This document shows positions 1-13,983 of a stretch of DNA of 64,000 nucleotides, in pieces. The notes beneath the pieces were generated by a model, which saw only the letters and a list, made by a program, of their open reading frames with translations, ran no database searches and was not told the DNA's origin. Made by a program: the position numbers and the translations under genes. The stretch covers positions 46,500,001-46,564,000 of the forward strand of contig NW_027266286.1 of assembly GCF_022045235.1 (NCBI RefSeq), read 5' to 3'. Within the stretch, counting starts at the first letter, position 1. The number at the start of each line of letters is the position of its first letter. Source of the stretch: Haliotis cracherodii (lineage: Eukaryota).

Positions 1-933
1 ATTTTGTAGAAACATTGATTTGTTTGTAAAGTTCTATTCTTTGTTTCCTCAAGTAGACTTGTTTCGATTTACTTTGGATAATGTTTTCATTCGTTAAGAC
101 GATACTGGATCGATACCTTTAGTTCTTTTCAATTTCCTATTTGTACTATTCAGTGCTTAAATGCGCTTAAGATTGGCACAACACATATTCAAGACAAAAC
201 ACAATATAGTATTTTATTATTTTAAACATACTTTCCCACAGTCAGCAATATTTAAGCTCTATCTCGGCGGCCTGTAAATAATATCTGTACCGAGCAAACC
301 AGTATGACATTATAAACGTCCCAAGCGATAAATAATCAACCTTTTCACACGGACATTCGATCCTCACTAGAATCGGCTCTCACGTCGAGCATGAGATCAG
401 GCAAGTCACTTATCATGTGAATTTGACAACGCAAAGAGAAACCCTGTCTGAAAAGTTTTATTCACCGAGAAATATGTTAATATATACATCCTTATGAAAT
501 ATAACATAATCCTATTCCACACACCACATTGGTTTCTTGTCGACAAACCATGGTAGTAAACGATTTGTGATGCACATGTACATTATTCTGGCCTAGTAGT
601 AAGATAATTACATAATGCTAAACATATTTCTCTTCCAATCTTCGCAATTCATGATATATAAAATTCAAGGTTTCGTTACAAATATGTAGGCTGTAGGAAC
701 ATATTACTGTAATTCGTATCTCTTTCTGAAGCATTAAGTATCAATATAATTTGCGTTATCTAGTTTTGTCATTGAGTTACTACTTATGACGATTTATTGT
801 CAATCATGTATATCTACGCTTGTTGACAGCATAACTTTGATCTTATACCACAAGTGTTCAAATATAAAGGATTTCACTTTGATGGATTTACCTATTGTAT
901 TGGTCTAGCAAAGGTATAGTCACAAGAACAATC

Positions 934-3900
934 TCACATATTCCCTGCAGTGTCGTAAGGTGAACCAAGCGTGTTCAACCCCGTGGTTCCCCTAGAGAAG
1001 TGATCATAGTTGTCTTCGTCAGGGTTTTGGACGATTCTACTCAGCTGTGTTACTGCTTTTGTAGCAGAAGCAGCAGTGTCGTAGTCATTCTGGAATGTTT
1101 CGGTTGTCGTCTTTTGAAAAAGATTGTAACCATACTCATCTTCTCCAATACGACCTTCTGTGTTTGTGGGTTGAGTAACTGAGGCTGTTGTATCATAGGT
1201 ACTGGTCAGTGGGGCTGGTTTGTCCCCAATTTGATCATAATCGCAATCAGTAACAAATGCTGCTGAGTCGCTAGCATTGTTTCTTCCAGCTGGTTCACTG
1301 GTGGAATAAGTGTCTGGTAGAGGTGCCATACCATCGACAGTAGCATAATCATAATCACTTGGAGTGTTTTGTGCCTTCAGATTTCCTCTGTCATTGTCAT
1401 TACTCTGTGGGATATTACTGGCCAAACAATATGTATTGTCAGTCTTTACAACACGGGGATTGTGTGTTTTCTTCTCAGTATCTTGCATACGTTGTCTCCT
1501 GAAAATACGATGGCATAATAAATGTTTAGGCGTATGGTTCTAAAATAAATTATATGTAATACACATGTACTTCGAAAAATATGCACATTCTAGGAATCAA
1601 CATATTTTTTATTATACACATAGCTTGTCTGAACACTTGTGTTCTTCAACATTTCAAGGCAACCAGCTTTAGAAAAATGATGTAAATGAGTTTGAAATAC
1701 ATACGTAATTATTAATACTAAAGCAGAATGTTGATTTCATTAGCATTAGCTCATTCAAATCAAATAAACATGTCAGCGTTTCACGAACTAATTCTCCGTA
1801 TCCTGTACACACCTGCATATTGTGCACTGGGTTTCTGTGTAATGTAAGTTTCTTTTTTGAGAACGCAGCTTTTACAGACCGTCTTCTCCCCAGTATCAAG
1901 TGCACTACATGTTTAGTGTCCCCGTGCGTATTCCCAGTTAGAATAGGTCCCCAGTATTCTATGCTGATTGTATGTGGCGACCACATGTATCGATGTAGTC
2001 AGGTTCGGAGATTCGGTTGATCGTACCGTAGGCGTGGAGCGTTTGCTCACAATATCAATCACTAGATTGCTTGGTCCAGCTTAGATTATTTAAATATACA
2101 TGTACCTGGAATACTGCTTTGTGTGGCGTTAAACAAACAAAAGAGTCAAGCGAATCATGTATGTCTCGATATAATTTGAGAGTTTCATTTTGAAGTGTGC
2201 TTTGCTTGACATTTCCTATATCATAATCAATTATTATTCTATACTTTTCGTTTAAGATGTTTCCTATTCTTAGGACTGAGTGTATGGATGAAGTGCCACA
2301 TCAGTATGTATATGTGTACTTGACCGAACCATATCACAAACATTACATGAACACATTTACTTTTATGTGCAATGCAGAAATGTGATAATTACCTTTTCCG
2401 AATAAGCCTCACCAACACAAACGTTGCCACTGATGCTGCGAGGACTGAGACCACAACTCCACCAATAATTGCACCAGTATTTGTTGTAGTTTCAATTTGT
2501 CCTGGGACAAGGTGAAGAATAAACTGAATATTAAAATCACTTGATTTAAGTATAAATAAAGTAGTTAATAGCTCATATTTGTAATGGAAGAATGTGTCAA
2601 GTCAAACATCAACTTTAATGTACACTGTACATGAAGATGCTTGCATAAAACCTGTCGAAACACGCAAAATGTTGAAGAAAAGCCCCCCCAAAAGCTTCCT
2701 GGATGTTTGGATGAGGCGACTGATTGTTCATTCAACTAAGTAGCTGTTGACTAGTCTAGTGATTAAAGACCCGGGTTTCATTCTAGAGTATTGTTTTACT
2801 CCGCTTTTAGCAATATTCCAGCAATATCACGACGGAAAACACCAGAAATGGGCTTTGTATCCATGTGGGGAATAGAACCCGGGGCTTCGACGTGACCAGA
2901 CAATCCAGGGATTGACATCATGAGCATCGCTCCACGCAATTGGGATACGATTTCATGCATCAACCAAGTCAGCGAGCCTGACCACCCGATCCCGTGAGTC
3001 GCCTCTTACGACAAGCTCAGTCCCAACCAGTTGGAGCCTATGCACAAAACCGAACGGGGACACAAAGAGCTCCCCATTTAGAACCAGTGAATAGTCCTAT
3101 TGTAAAATGTTATAACAATGGCAAGTCGAGGTAACACTGCCATTGTGTAGCAATGTCGCCGGACATGTTTGAGACCTGACATCGGGGTTTTGTTTTATAG
3201 CCCTGGGCCCACTTGCACAAAGCAATCTTAGCGCTAAGATGATCATAACTCCCATACTTTAGCATAGGCTTACAATAGTCTTAGCGCTAAGATCGTTTTG
3301 TGCAAGTGGGCCCTGGTATTTCTCTATAAAACCGAAACTACCGCATGTGTACCATTAGTAATGCAAACATGTATAGTCCACATTCCGATAACAGCAAGGC
3401 AGGTTCATTTTTAAATCGACACACACATTCCTCACTACGACCTACTCTGATTTCTCTTACGTAATACATATTTTCCGTCAAAGAGTGAAACTACTTATTC
3501 TATTTCATAGTTTTATTGCATGATGTTTCAAAACATTTTATTTAACTGACATACATAAATAAATATATACCGTCTATTTATTTCCAGTTATTTCGTTACA
3601 AATGTTTGTTCTGTGGAGTGCTAACAACACCTCATATACATGTACCTGCTGCTGTAGTTGTGCTTTCGTCTGTGATCCATGATGAACTGATATTGTTTCT
3701 TGTTATCGTTGTTAATCCACTCGTGTTTGCATTAAAAAAATATGTTTATCTTAGATTCGTTTATTAAGGAATTATGTTTCTGAAATATATATGTAAGACA
3801 ATTGTCCACACCAGCTTGTGGCCAGAAATTGTTCACGATGCATTAGGCTTAAGAAGAATTTCATATGCAAGTTGAAAATGAATCATACAGCAAAGAGAAC

Positions 3901-4215
3901 AACATATTCACTTCTTGGAATTACACCTTACCTTTAGTTTGCACTTGTTCACACGTGTTGTTGAACGGGGTGGATGCTGAAATTGGAGAGACTAACCTGT
4001 TTACACCACACATAAAACGCATGTTTACAAAAGCGACACAACATTTAGTGACCGTAAGAAATCTCTGCTAAAAGCAGCGTCCAGCTGACTTATTCCAGGA
4101 CCAAATCATAATTTTTATGCACATGTTTATGAATCACTATCATTTAGTGATGGTACCAGGTGAAGTCATGCGATTCAACTCCAAGGTCAGACTACATGCG
4201 CCAACGTTTAGCAGA

Positions 4216-4247
<32 letters not shown>

Positions 4248-7200
4248 TAATAATATCATCAACAATTACAGCGATGTCGCTATTTAGCTTGCTTTAATAC
4301 CGCTTCGTGTTCTAACTTTTATACTGGCAGATACAATACCTTGCAGTCATAATACGAAACAGTATCATAGTTGATGCCACTTGCATTGTTTGGCACAGGC
4401 AAACATGAATTGTATTAAGTCCTGATAAAAAATGAACATATACTACCTTTAAAAGATGACGTAACCAAAGTAGGGGAAATCACCCACCCACCCACCCACC
4501 CACTCACCCAAAATACAAAAAACAACAAAAAAAACAACAACAACACACACACACATTCTCGGTTTTGACACGTTCTGAACACGTTCGCATTTAATTAAAT
4601 CTTTTTGTTTCTAAAACAGAAATAACTAAACCCATTTCTGCAAACAATACTATCAAAATACACTTACTTTTAATACATTGATATTTCAAAACAGAGAACG
4701 TTCGATTTACGCCTCGCCAGGGAGCAGAATACACACACTCTGTCTGGGTAGAGCATCTGTCGAAGATGGGGGCCAGCTCTTCGTTGCTGAACCTGTGATA
4801 TCCATGTTCTGTCAAGCCTTCCGGATTCAGACTACAATTAGTGACACCTCCTCCACACTCTGTATTGTCAGTGTAGTAGGCGTCGCAGATGGAGATCGTT
4901 TTTTGGGTGTTGCTGCAGCTGAGGAAGTGCCGAGTACAGGAGAAGCCAGAAACACCATAGCAAGCCTTACTGGTCTGTACTGTAGACACTGCATTAATGA
5001 AGTAGTATGGTATATATAGTTACAGCAGTTATCAGTTTAGACCAGCATTCTCAACATGAATGAATCATATGTGTACGTCGAATTTCATAAACTAGCAGAC
5101 ATGCTATGAGGAATGATATTTATTTTAACCGCGTTGGCTAAGATTGTATTTACAAGTTTCATCTTAGAGGTCAAATGTATTAACTAAAATTGAAACGTTC
5201 TGATACACCGATGTATCCCAATATTAAACTCAATAGAAAGATTCTGTATCGATGCTATCGTTTCGCAAATATTGACAGAAGCGGATGACCTCGCCTAGGT
5301 GAACACTTCCAAGCTGACTGTTGTTCATTTCCCGATGAACGTCAGTATGTCACGTAATTAAGTTATCAATCGCGCGGAGACATACAGAACTACTCTAGGG
5401 GAATTCCTCAATGTCTAAAAATAACATTAAAATATATTAGGGAAAAAACTGAGAGCGACATCAATTTAGGCTATGAATGATGCAGGCTTTGAAGTCAGAC
5501 AGATAATGTATGTGTCGGGTAGCCGAAATGAAGCGTCCATTCGAAGCTATAACAGAGAATGCTCAACTTACCAAGAGAAATCCCCGAGCCTCAGTAAATC
5601 CAACCGCGATCCCCGTAATCAGCAGTCGTATTATGACTCAAACACACACCGAAAGTTCACAGAACGTTAGTATGTATCCATTTTCAGCATGAGTCGGGTA
5701 TAGATTTCTTTCAAATTCCAACGCTAACTTTACTGGGTGCAACTCGTGTTTCATTTTCTGCTGTTTGTAAAACCAAGGGATGTCACTCCAAATGCAATGT
5801 TTGGGACGGATGACGTCACGACGTCACGACTCTCCGCGGTGATATAGTTCAATTTCAATGATTAAAGTTTGATGTTTAATGGATTGTTTTGTTATGATTT
5901 ATGTATCTGTCAATATAAGGATTGAAGTTGTATTTGTTGACGTTCATCAGCTGATGAAGACAGTACCTCACGTGAGCAAATTTACCATGAAGCGTTCCCG
6001 CATCATGGAATTTGCTCACGTGAGACACTGTCTTCATCAGCCGATGAACGTCAACAAAAAGCTGGCACGCCGTGATTAACTGGAACACTGTTAAAAGCGG
6101 CGTTAAACCCAACTCACTCACTCACTCATAATAAATTTCTGATCAAAGCTGAGTCCATTGTATGACTAGATCATGTATTTATGAATCACTGTGGGCATCA
6201 AAAACAAGGCCACATCGGCCACATAACACTTTTCTTAACGGAGCTTTGTCACAGAAGCTAAGGAACAAATGTATTTAATATCCCGTTTGTCGCCTACTGT
6301 CACAGTGTTAACAGCGAAGCGGTACAACTAATTTTCCGATAAAAGCAGTTGTCCTGACCTGTATTAACCGAGTGAAGGGTGAAACATAAAACTGTGATAC
6401 ATTTCCAACATCTCAAACACGAAGACATTTGTTGGCATTCAACTTGCCATGGTGAGGTCGTCTACAAAGAAGTAAAATCATAGCACGAGACACGGGTGTC
6501 CTAATTCACATTCGCGTTCGAGACCGAGGTATATGTGAAAACAATCTTTTGTGCAAACACCCATATCTCCTTACTCTGCAGCTATATGCTATCTGTGGTT
6601 CAGCACTAAGTGTCATGTAAAGCGCATCAATGTAAAGTTTTACATGCCAGTTACGAATGCTCTGATCTGTTGTGCAGTTGAATAGGTCAAGGCTATATAA
6701 GATAAACATCATGGAGAGATGTAGAAAGGCTTTTAAATGACATTCACAAGAATAAGTGACGCATGAAATTGAAAGCAGGACGTTATTTCTGCTTTTACAA
6801 ATTCACCCCCTCAGACATAAATGAAGAATAAATGTGACTTTCGCATTCATATATTACACTACTCGTTCAAATGTTGTATCTTGTGACATTGACCTTCTTC
6901 TGACGCACCTATATCGTCACGTGGAACATTCCATAGTAGGGTATACTGAGTTATTATTTGCGTCTTCGTAAGTGTCTATGACAAAGATCTAAAAGCTTCA
7001 TCGTACACGTCAGCTGGATGCTGACATAATGCCCCTGTAGAGGACTTTAGCGTCACTCTTGTTTTTTCATATTCTGTGCTGATATTTGCAAAATACGCAT
7101 GTCACAACAAACAAATGGAATCTTGTAAAGGCAGTACGTCTTAGATGCGAAGTTGGGGGCCTCACTACAAAATTCTGTGCAGTCCTGGCCTTCGAGCTTT

Positions 7201-10200
7201 CGTGCGTAGTGTGTCAATGATATTAATATATATTTACTACTATTATTTACAGAATTGATCCTGCAGGTTATCACGGTTGTCACACAATATGTTGTGTGTG
7301 ACAAATGTAACGTACGTATTTGTTCAGTTTTATATTCCCTTTCGTTTCAAAGACACTTAATTCAATACCTTTTATGCACCGATATATATTCTGCAAAAAA
7401 CGAAATCCAAAAGTAGTAAAACCGTGAATATCTGAAACCGTGCTGCTGACATCAATACAAAATTAATGCGAAAATTGAATTGGTCATTTCTGCATGGACT
7501 GGGATTGACTTGCGCTGAAAGAATGAGGTACTGCACACGTGCAACATCACTTGTTGAGCAATAACAATTTTGGGTTTTCATTTGCATTCCATCACAATCA
7601 AACAGCAAGTGATAAGCGAAAACATGCCACGACTAACGGAAGCCAAACGCAACAACTCCACCGGCGACTGCAAACAGGAGAATCATCTTCAGCTGAACCG
7701 TTATCAGACACAGGGGACAAAACTTCCCCGATCCTGTCGAACACGTATCACTTCTAGAGTACAGGAAAGATTCATACGACTGCGGCAACACTAGGATTGC
7801 GTAGGAAATCAACCCAGACAGTGAGGAACCGTTTTCGCGCTGAAGGTATTTGCGCCAGACGAACAGTTCGAGGTGTCATATCGCCGGGCGCGACGTCAAT
7901 GGTGTCACGGCCACAGAGTAAATGTGATGGACACAAGTTTAGATTTATGCTTCTCCTTGCGAATAGTCGGCGTCGTGTTAACTGGCGTCGGGGGGAACGT
8001 TATGCACGTAACTGCATACAGGAAGTGGACGGATTTGGTGGTGTTATTGGGAAACCACACTTGTATAACAAACTCGGTGCAAGTTCTGGCGGTTTGACGG
8101 TTCTTCGGCCACACGTCCTTCCCATTATGCATTACCCATTAGAGATCTGATTCATACATGTATATACTGAACAGCATTGAAAACGCACAAGAAATAAATC
8201 TTGAAATATTAAAAAAACAGCTTGAGCAATGACCGATTTTGATTAGAAAAGACATAGACGGATTATTAGGAAAGACGATAAAGGAAACAGGAATACCACA
8301 CAGTAATTACAATTACGTCATCAGTGTAAGGAAGACACAACGCATTAAAATGAAGAGTCAATATCTGGTATGTCCGCCATTGACAGCAACACAGGCCATG
8401 CAATGTCTTCTCATAAGTCTGCGAATAGCGTTCTGGGACATTCCACTCTTGACGTAGTGTATCTTCAAGTTCTCTCAGGTTCTGTACTTGCGGACGACGT
8501 GAGAGGCGTTGACCCAGGTAATCCCACAGATGTTCAATTGGCGATAGATCGGGTGACAGGGCTAGCCATGGAAGCAGAGGCACATTATTGTTCGCTAGGT
8601 ACTGTGTTGAAACACGTGCTGTGTGCGCTCTTGCATTATCTTGCTGGAAGGTGTGCATATCCTGGTGCTGATGAAAGAATGGGATGACGTGATTTGTCAA
8701 TATGTTATTCCTGTAGTAAAGGGCATTACCTCTTCAACGACAAACATGGAGCTCTGTTCGATGGTTATGACTGATGCCGCCCCACACCATGACACTCCCT
8801 CCCCCAAATCGATCTGTCTGTACAACACAGTCATTGTGGTAACGTTCTCCACGTCGACGCCACACTCGCAGTCGACCGTCAGCATTCCGTAAATAAAAAC
8901 GGGACTCATCAGAGAACAGCACACCATGCCACTGCCGCAATCTCCAATGACGATGCCTTTTGGCCCAACGCAGACGTTCATTTCGATGTCGATCAGTGAG
9001 TATGGGTCCAACATATGGACGTCGAGCACGTAGCCCTGCTGAGCGGAGACGTCGACGTACGGTGTCAGCACTGATCAATTACGTCGGCATTGTACGGTTG
9101 CTGCAGTCCTGGTAGCCGGAAGTGTACGATCACGAAGATGCCGACGAACAATATGGCGATCCTGACGTGGTGTAGTTACACGACGTTGACCCGGACATGG
9201 TCGATCTCTGGTGGTTCTTGTCTGCTGGTATCAGCTCAGTAGCCTGAGGACTGTTGAATGATGGAATTGAAACCGTTGTGCAACGACTCTACTTGACGTA
9301 CCAACTTGAAGCATGCCCAAGGCACGTTCACGTTCCTCTACTGTTAATCTTGGCATTTTTTTGTGTCAGTACCCTTTACGTCTGCAGCAACCAGTGATGT
9401 GGCTTTTAAAAGTGTGTGTGGCTTTTTATAGCCCTATTATGCATGCTTCCCCATGTAACAAAAAACGTTTTCCATGATGTGCACGCAATTTGTTGCGTTT
9501 TGGCGATTTCGCTCACAAAACAAAATTAGGAATGTGTTTTGACGAGCTGTTCTTCTTCATGCTTCGTTCAGAACGTCGTATATTACTCATTCACTTATAT
9601 ATTTTCATATGATTTAAAACCGGATAAAAATACATCCATTTTCATGGTGGTGCGTTTTCAATGCTGTTCAGTAGGTGAATATGTTGAATGTTTCCAAAAT
9701 TGGTTAAGTCAGTGCTGGGTGTGATTGGAAGAAATCAGAAATTGAAAAAGAGGAAACATTTCGTTTGGGTGGGTTACCGGCTTGTGACAGACATTTTATG
9801 TTTTGTCACCATTTTTAGTAAATGCTACCAAATTAGGGATATGTCTCGAAGTCAAAAATTACCACCACCAGACTAATCGACCTGGGTCAAGTAAATAAAC
9901 GTCACAAACCTCATTTCCACAATGTTGCATCTCCCACTATAATCAGAGTCGATTGTACTTTTCCAGGTGTATCATAAGCATGTGTTCGTCATTGCTATAC
10001 TCCCATATTAAGCTGTCACGATATTTGCAATACCGCTAGTTCCCTTTCAGACGGAATAATTAATCTCAAAATATATTTTTTAACAGCCATTAGATTTCGA
10101 ATTCCATCAGTATCTGAAATGTCTCTTTTGTATATTCTTACACAGTGTACATACATAAATTACACATACTAACCAAGCACAATAAATACTGTTTATATAA

Positions 10201-11602
10201 TACAAGGAATATGTATATCAGCATCAGTCAGCCTTTATTAACCGGTTTGTATCGAACTTTAACAGTTTATTTGTCCTCTATGTCAGCAAGATTACTTCCA
10301 TTAATACTATTACTGCTAAATGTTATGCAGTCAGTATAACGAAATTCGGACAACTATTTCCAGATGACGTTTTGTTGATGTTGGATAATAAATACACCAT
10401 CTTATTTAATAGTCATAGTACAATTCAGTGTAACTACCGCACTATCACTGCTCCTGTTGAGATATCATACTTTGTTTAACACCATGAACATTATACAGCT
10501 ACAAACATAACCATTATAATTTGAAAAGCCAAAGTATTTAATTGTAGGGGCGGGGGTGTAACCTACTGGTTAAAAAGTTCGCTCGTGAAGGCCCAAGGTC
10601 GATTCCCCATATGGGTACAGTGTGGTGCGTCCCTCGCCATGATATTGCATGAATATAACAAAGAGTGGCGTACAGCCACACTCACTCATTTATATACTGT
10701 AACTACGATATGTCTGTTAGTGTTAGTGCAACATGTCTGGACCGGAAAGTTGCAGCATCACATGCGCCAATCCGCTTTTTGATAACTGATAAACGGGACG
10801 ACCGTGAGTGACAGACAAGCATTTGTATGACGTACCAGGATGTTATGAGATAATAGCTCAAAACCGATGTGGCTGCGTGCTCAGTTAACCAGGTCACTGA
10901 TACCAATGACTACTGATTTCTGCACAATCACAAGAGAAACGACATTTCGCTGGGGTTTTTTTTTGTATGTGGTAGTGTCAAGAGTTTTGCTCTAAACGCT
11001 TCTATCTCCTCTGACTGGAATTCCATAATGCCATATATCGTCATGAAAAGACGATTGACGTGTTTACATCCATACACAGTCAGGGAAGTAAGTACCAATG
11101 TCACAACCAGGAAAATGTATAATGAATAGGAGTATGTATAAAACAGATGAGTCTGGAAACCTTTACCAGTAATAGGTTTTAAATACCAAAATGTTTACAT
11201 TTCTCTCAAAGAAAGACATATAACGGATACTAAACGGTTGACGTCCAACATGTGATGAAAATCCTCATTGTGACGATATACCAGATATCCCGTAATAATA
11301 GCGCGCGACGACATGATATAAAATGAGATTTCATATGAGATCAACAATGTGACTCACCATTAAGACATCATGTACATAACTACATTTTCAAACACCCCCA
11401 AGTAAGAAATCAACACAATAGCCAGCTGGTCTCTTACCACCTCACTTATTATCGTATTGAAGCAACTCATTTCCACTAGCTTTCTGTAAGAGGTCACTGT
11501 AAAGATGTCCCAGTAATTAGAATCCATTAAAACCTCACCTGCATGAGTCGCTTGAAGCATGTAGAACACACAGGCGATCGCAATGTGACTCCAGTAGTTC
11601 AT
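934..11602 (-). CDS. Gene A: type-I membrane receptor with signal peptide, divergent SUEL/Gal_Lectin-like domain, S/T stalk, TM and Tyr-rich cytoplasmic tail (~367 aa, spliced)
   Basis: Phase-compatible GT-AG exons: 11602-11539 (MNYWSHIAIACVFYMLQATHA, phase 1); 4988(or 4979)-4668 (VQTSKAC...LSC..TISICDAYY..C..C..RCSTQTEC..SVLKYQCIK); 3976-3932; 2501-2393 (TM GAIIGGVVVSVLAASVATFVLV-RLIRK); 1498-934 (tail with 11 Tyr). The sum of 1104 nt is in frame. The domain name is inferred from Cys spacing and the terminal V.Y.C. Confidence 0.8.
2795..3015 (-). mobile_element. Adjacent fragments of two SINE-like families
   Basis: ttttagcaatattccagcaatatcac...gaaccc recurs at 17719-17819, 42188-42325, 44035-44110. 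caaccaagtcagcgagcctgaccaccc recurs at 41455-41662 and, inverted, at 56755-56900 and 61618-61765. Confidence 0.65.
3206..3312. mobile_element. ~107 bp MITE, PIF/Harbinger-type
   Basis: TIRs GGCCCACTTGCACAAA...TTTGTGCAAGTGGGCC extend into cttagcgctaag; flanked by the 3-bp direct repeat CTG (3203-3205, 3313-3315). Confidence 0.7.
5449..5670 (+). mobile_element. Crypton-like tyrosine recombinase (DUF3504-type) C-terminal remnant
   Basis: LRATSI*AMNDAGFEVRQIMYVSGSRNEASIRSYNR matches the H.LRAT...IM..SGH....S...Y motif. In-frame stop and the catalytic His is replaced. Confidence 0.65.
5933..6058. repeat. 126 bp near-perfect hairpin
   Basis: tttgttgacgttcatcagctgatgaagacagt...actgtcttcatcagccgatgaacgtcaacaaa; arms about 55 bp. 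Confidence 0.85.
7386..8140 (+). mobile_element. Degraded Tc1-like transposon (5' part)
   Basis: MPRLTEAKRNN at 7624; TQTVRNRFRAEGICARR; RRRVNWRRGERYARNCIQEVDGFGG; many frameshifts. Confidence 0.75.
8165..9673 (-). mobile_element. Tc1 (DD34E) transposon, full length but pseudogenised
   Basis: 24-bp TIRs tactgaacagcattgaaaacgcac (8165-8188, 9650-9673); ATG at 9356 (MPRLTVEERERALGML); FSDESRF and QQDNARAH-(34)-PIEHLW; in-frame stop and frameshifts. Confidence 0.92.
10550..10690 (+). mobile_element. Short tRNA-derived SINE with (ACTC)n tail
   Basis: ggggcggggg..tggttaaa..gttcgctcg..ggtcgattcccc head; same family as 17719-17819 and 42188-42325. Confidence 0.6.
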
Positions 11603-12489
11603 GGTCGCAGTGGGAGTATTTCACTCTCCCTCTTCTAAGGTAGGGAGTTGTAAAAGGCGAAGGAAAGTCACAGTACCGCGCGTTTGCTGTATATTTCTGC
11701 CCACTTCAAACTGGGTGTGCATAGCAATGACACTACGTAATTATATAATTCCACACAGGGAACGAGCGCGTCTTTTCAGTAAAGCTCTTTTAGAAAGTAG
11801 CCCAGAAGTCGGAAACAACGCACTTCGCTTTGCACAGTGCCGTCCTTTAGGACCTTGGGTTCGATATAAAAATACCCCATGACAATAACCCTTTGATTGT
11901 AAGCAGAATACATGTGTTCGTGAGTTTCCCCAAAGAAGTAAACATCTAAGGCTTACATCACTTTGGGCTTCGTTCCATGTTAAACTCGCAAGTCGACACA
12001 TAACCAAAATACTAATGTAATGTTCAAAGCCGCATGAAAAACCTCTCACCCTTTCAACTATCCATATACATATTCATATGATTGTTAGACACAGCATAGA
12101 CATGCCCCTGATCTCACGTTCTGTGGTTTTAATGTTAACTTGCACAAAACTTTAGATAGTAGTATTATCCTTTATCTGAACAGGGTCAAGACAAAACACC
12201 TGAACCTTAACATTCGGGGCGTTTAGCTCAATCGTTCCCACAGACCCAGACTATTAATGAATCATGAATATGAAGGGACATCTAATAATTCTCCGAGGGA
12301 ATATTTCAGTTTTAAATTGTCAGCTTTACAGAGAAATACAGCAAGTAAAAGACGTTTACGACCCCTGAGAAACCCACCAGCACGTACACATAATGCTGTG
12401 AGAACAGCTATTATAATAAGGGAGAATCGGGGATACCAAACCATGATGAGCGAAATCACGATCGAGTTGAGTAACTCATAACATACAAA

Positions 12490-13983
12490 TATACTCACAC
12501 GCAAAAGAAACGCAAGTGGTTTTAAGCAAATAGGTAACAAACACGGAACCATAAATTGATACGAGATTTAGCATGTAGTGACGCCTGATGGTGTTATCAA
12601 CATTCTTGGTTGCATTTTGGAATCCCCGAGTAAAAACGCAACATAAAAAACGAATCGCCAAAACGCACCATTTCAATGAATATGTGGGTATCATGCACCC
12701 ATTTCTCGCAAAATGTAGTGGGTATAAAACTGTTGCCGATTCTTGGACCTGCCTCTACTTTGTCAACAATGCCAACAAAACTCAAATTCAGAGAAACCAG
12801 GCTATCGGACGTTTGGAAGCTGGAGAGTCTGTTAACACAACCACAATTTACCGTCTCCTGCATCGATACAATGCCACACAGACCACAGATAACCTTCCTC
12901 GGGTCGGTCGTCCTAGGGTCACCACACCTCGACAAGATCGGCAGATTACCCGTCAACACCAGCGACATCCGTTCCTAACTGCAAGTGAAAGTGCCCGACA
13001 GAACATAGGAACACATAATCGACACATTAGCCGGGACACTGTGATCCGACGTCTCCGTTCCAACAACCTCAGATGTCGCCGACCAGCACGTCGTCCTGTT
13101 CTCCAACCACGGCATCGACATGCACGACTTCAGTGGGCACAGGGTCATCACAATTGGCGTCATGGTGAGTGGAAGCATGTCATCTGCACTGATGAAAGTA
13201 GCTTTTGTGACTCCCATGCAGACTGAAGAGTCAGAATTTAGCGGCGTCGAGGTGATCGTTTCGCTGACAGAAACGTTGTGGAAAGGGATCCATGGGGTGG
13301 ACCTAGCGTCATGATATGGGCAGGGATTGGACTTAATGCGAGACTTGGACCCATGTGCTTTCTGAATGTTGGTCAAGGTCGGGGACTCGGCGTCACTGCT
13401 CAGCGGTATATCGACCAAGTGATCAGACCCCACGTTGTTCAATTTTTTGCACATCAACAACACATTTTCCAGCAGGACAACGCTCGTCCCCATGTTGCCA
13501 GAGCTACCATGGCCTTTCTGCAACAACACAACATCCGTGTTCTACCGTGGCCATCCCTCAGCCCTGATCTGAACCCCATCGAACACTTGTGGGATGAGGT
13601 TCAAAGGCGTCTGCACCATGTGCACCCAGTCCCTACACCCGCATATGAACTACGCACAGCTGCTCTGGATGTGTGCAGGAGGATCCATAGGGCCTTCACA
13701 AATCGCATGATCCACTCAATGTACAGGAGATGTGTGGCAGTGATCAATGCTAACGGTGGTCACACCAGGTATTGTCTGACATTTTGGGTATTGACCCGAA
13801 ACTGAGTAAGCCCTTTTCATTTGAAAAAAAAAACAATTAGGTCATCTGCCTTTTAATCCATTAAACTGTCTTCAGTCATTTTTTTGTCAATCTTGCCAAT
13901 ATAGTATTTCTTGTCTTTACTGTTGAAAATAAATAACATGTATACTGCATACCCGACTTGCGTTTCTTTTGCGTGTGAGTATA
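12490..13983 (+). mobile_element. Tc1 (DD34E) transposon, pseudogenised, distinct subfamily
   Basis: TIRs tatactcacacgcaaaagaaacgcaagt at both ends including TA; ICTDESSF and QQDNARPH-(34)-PIEHLW; stop at 13224-13226. Confidence 0.92.

Noticed and set aside
6430-6712. First exon of gene A near 6.4-6.7 kb
   Set aside because: No hydrophobic leader with a compatible GT donor; 11539-11602 fits much better.
12050-12110. Fifth leader exon (MSMLCLTII*ICIWIVER|gtgag)
   Set aside because: In-frame stop, phase 0 and no homology to L1-L4.
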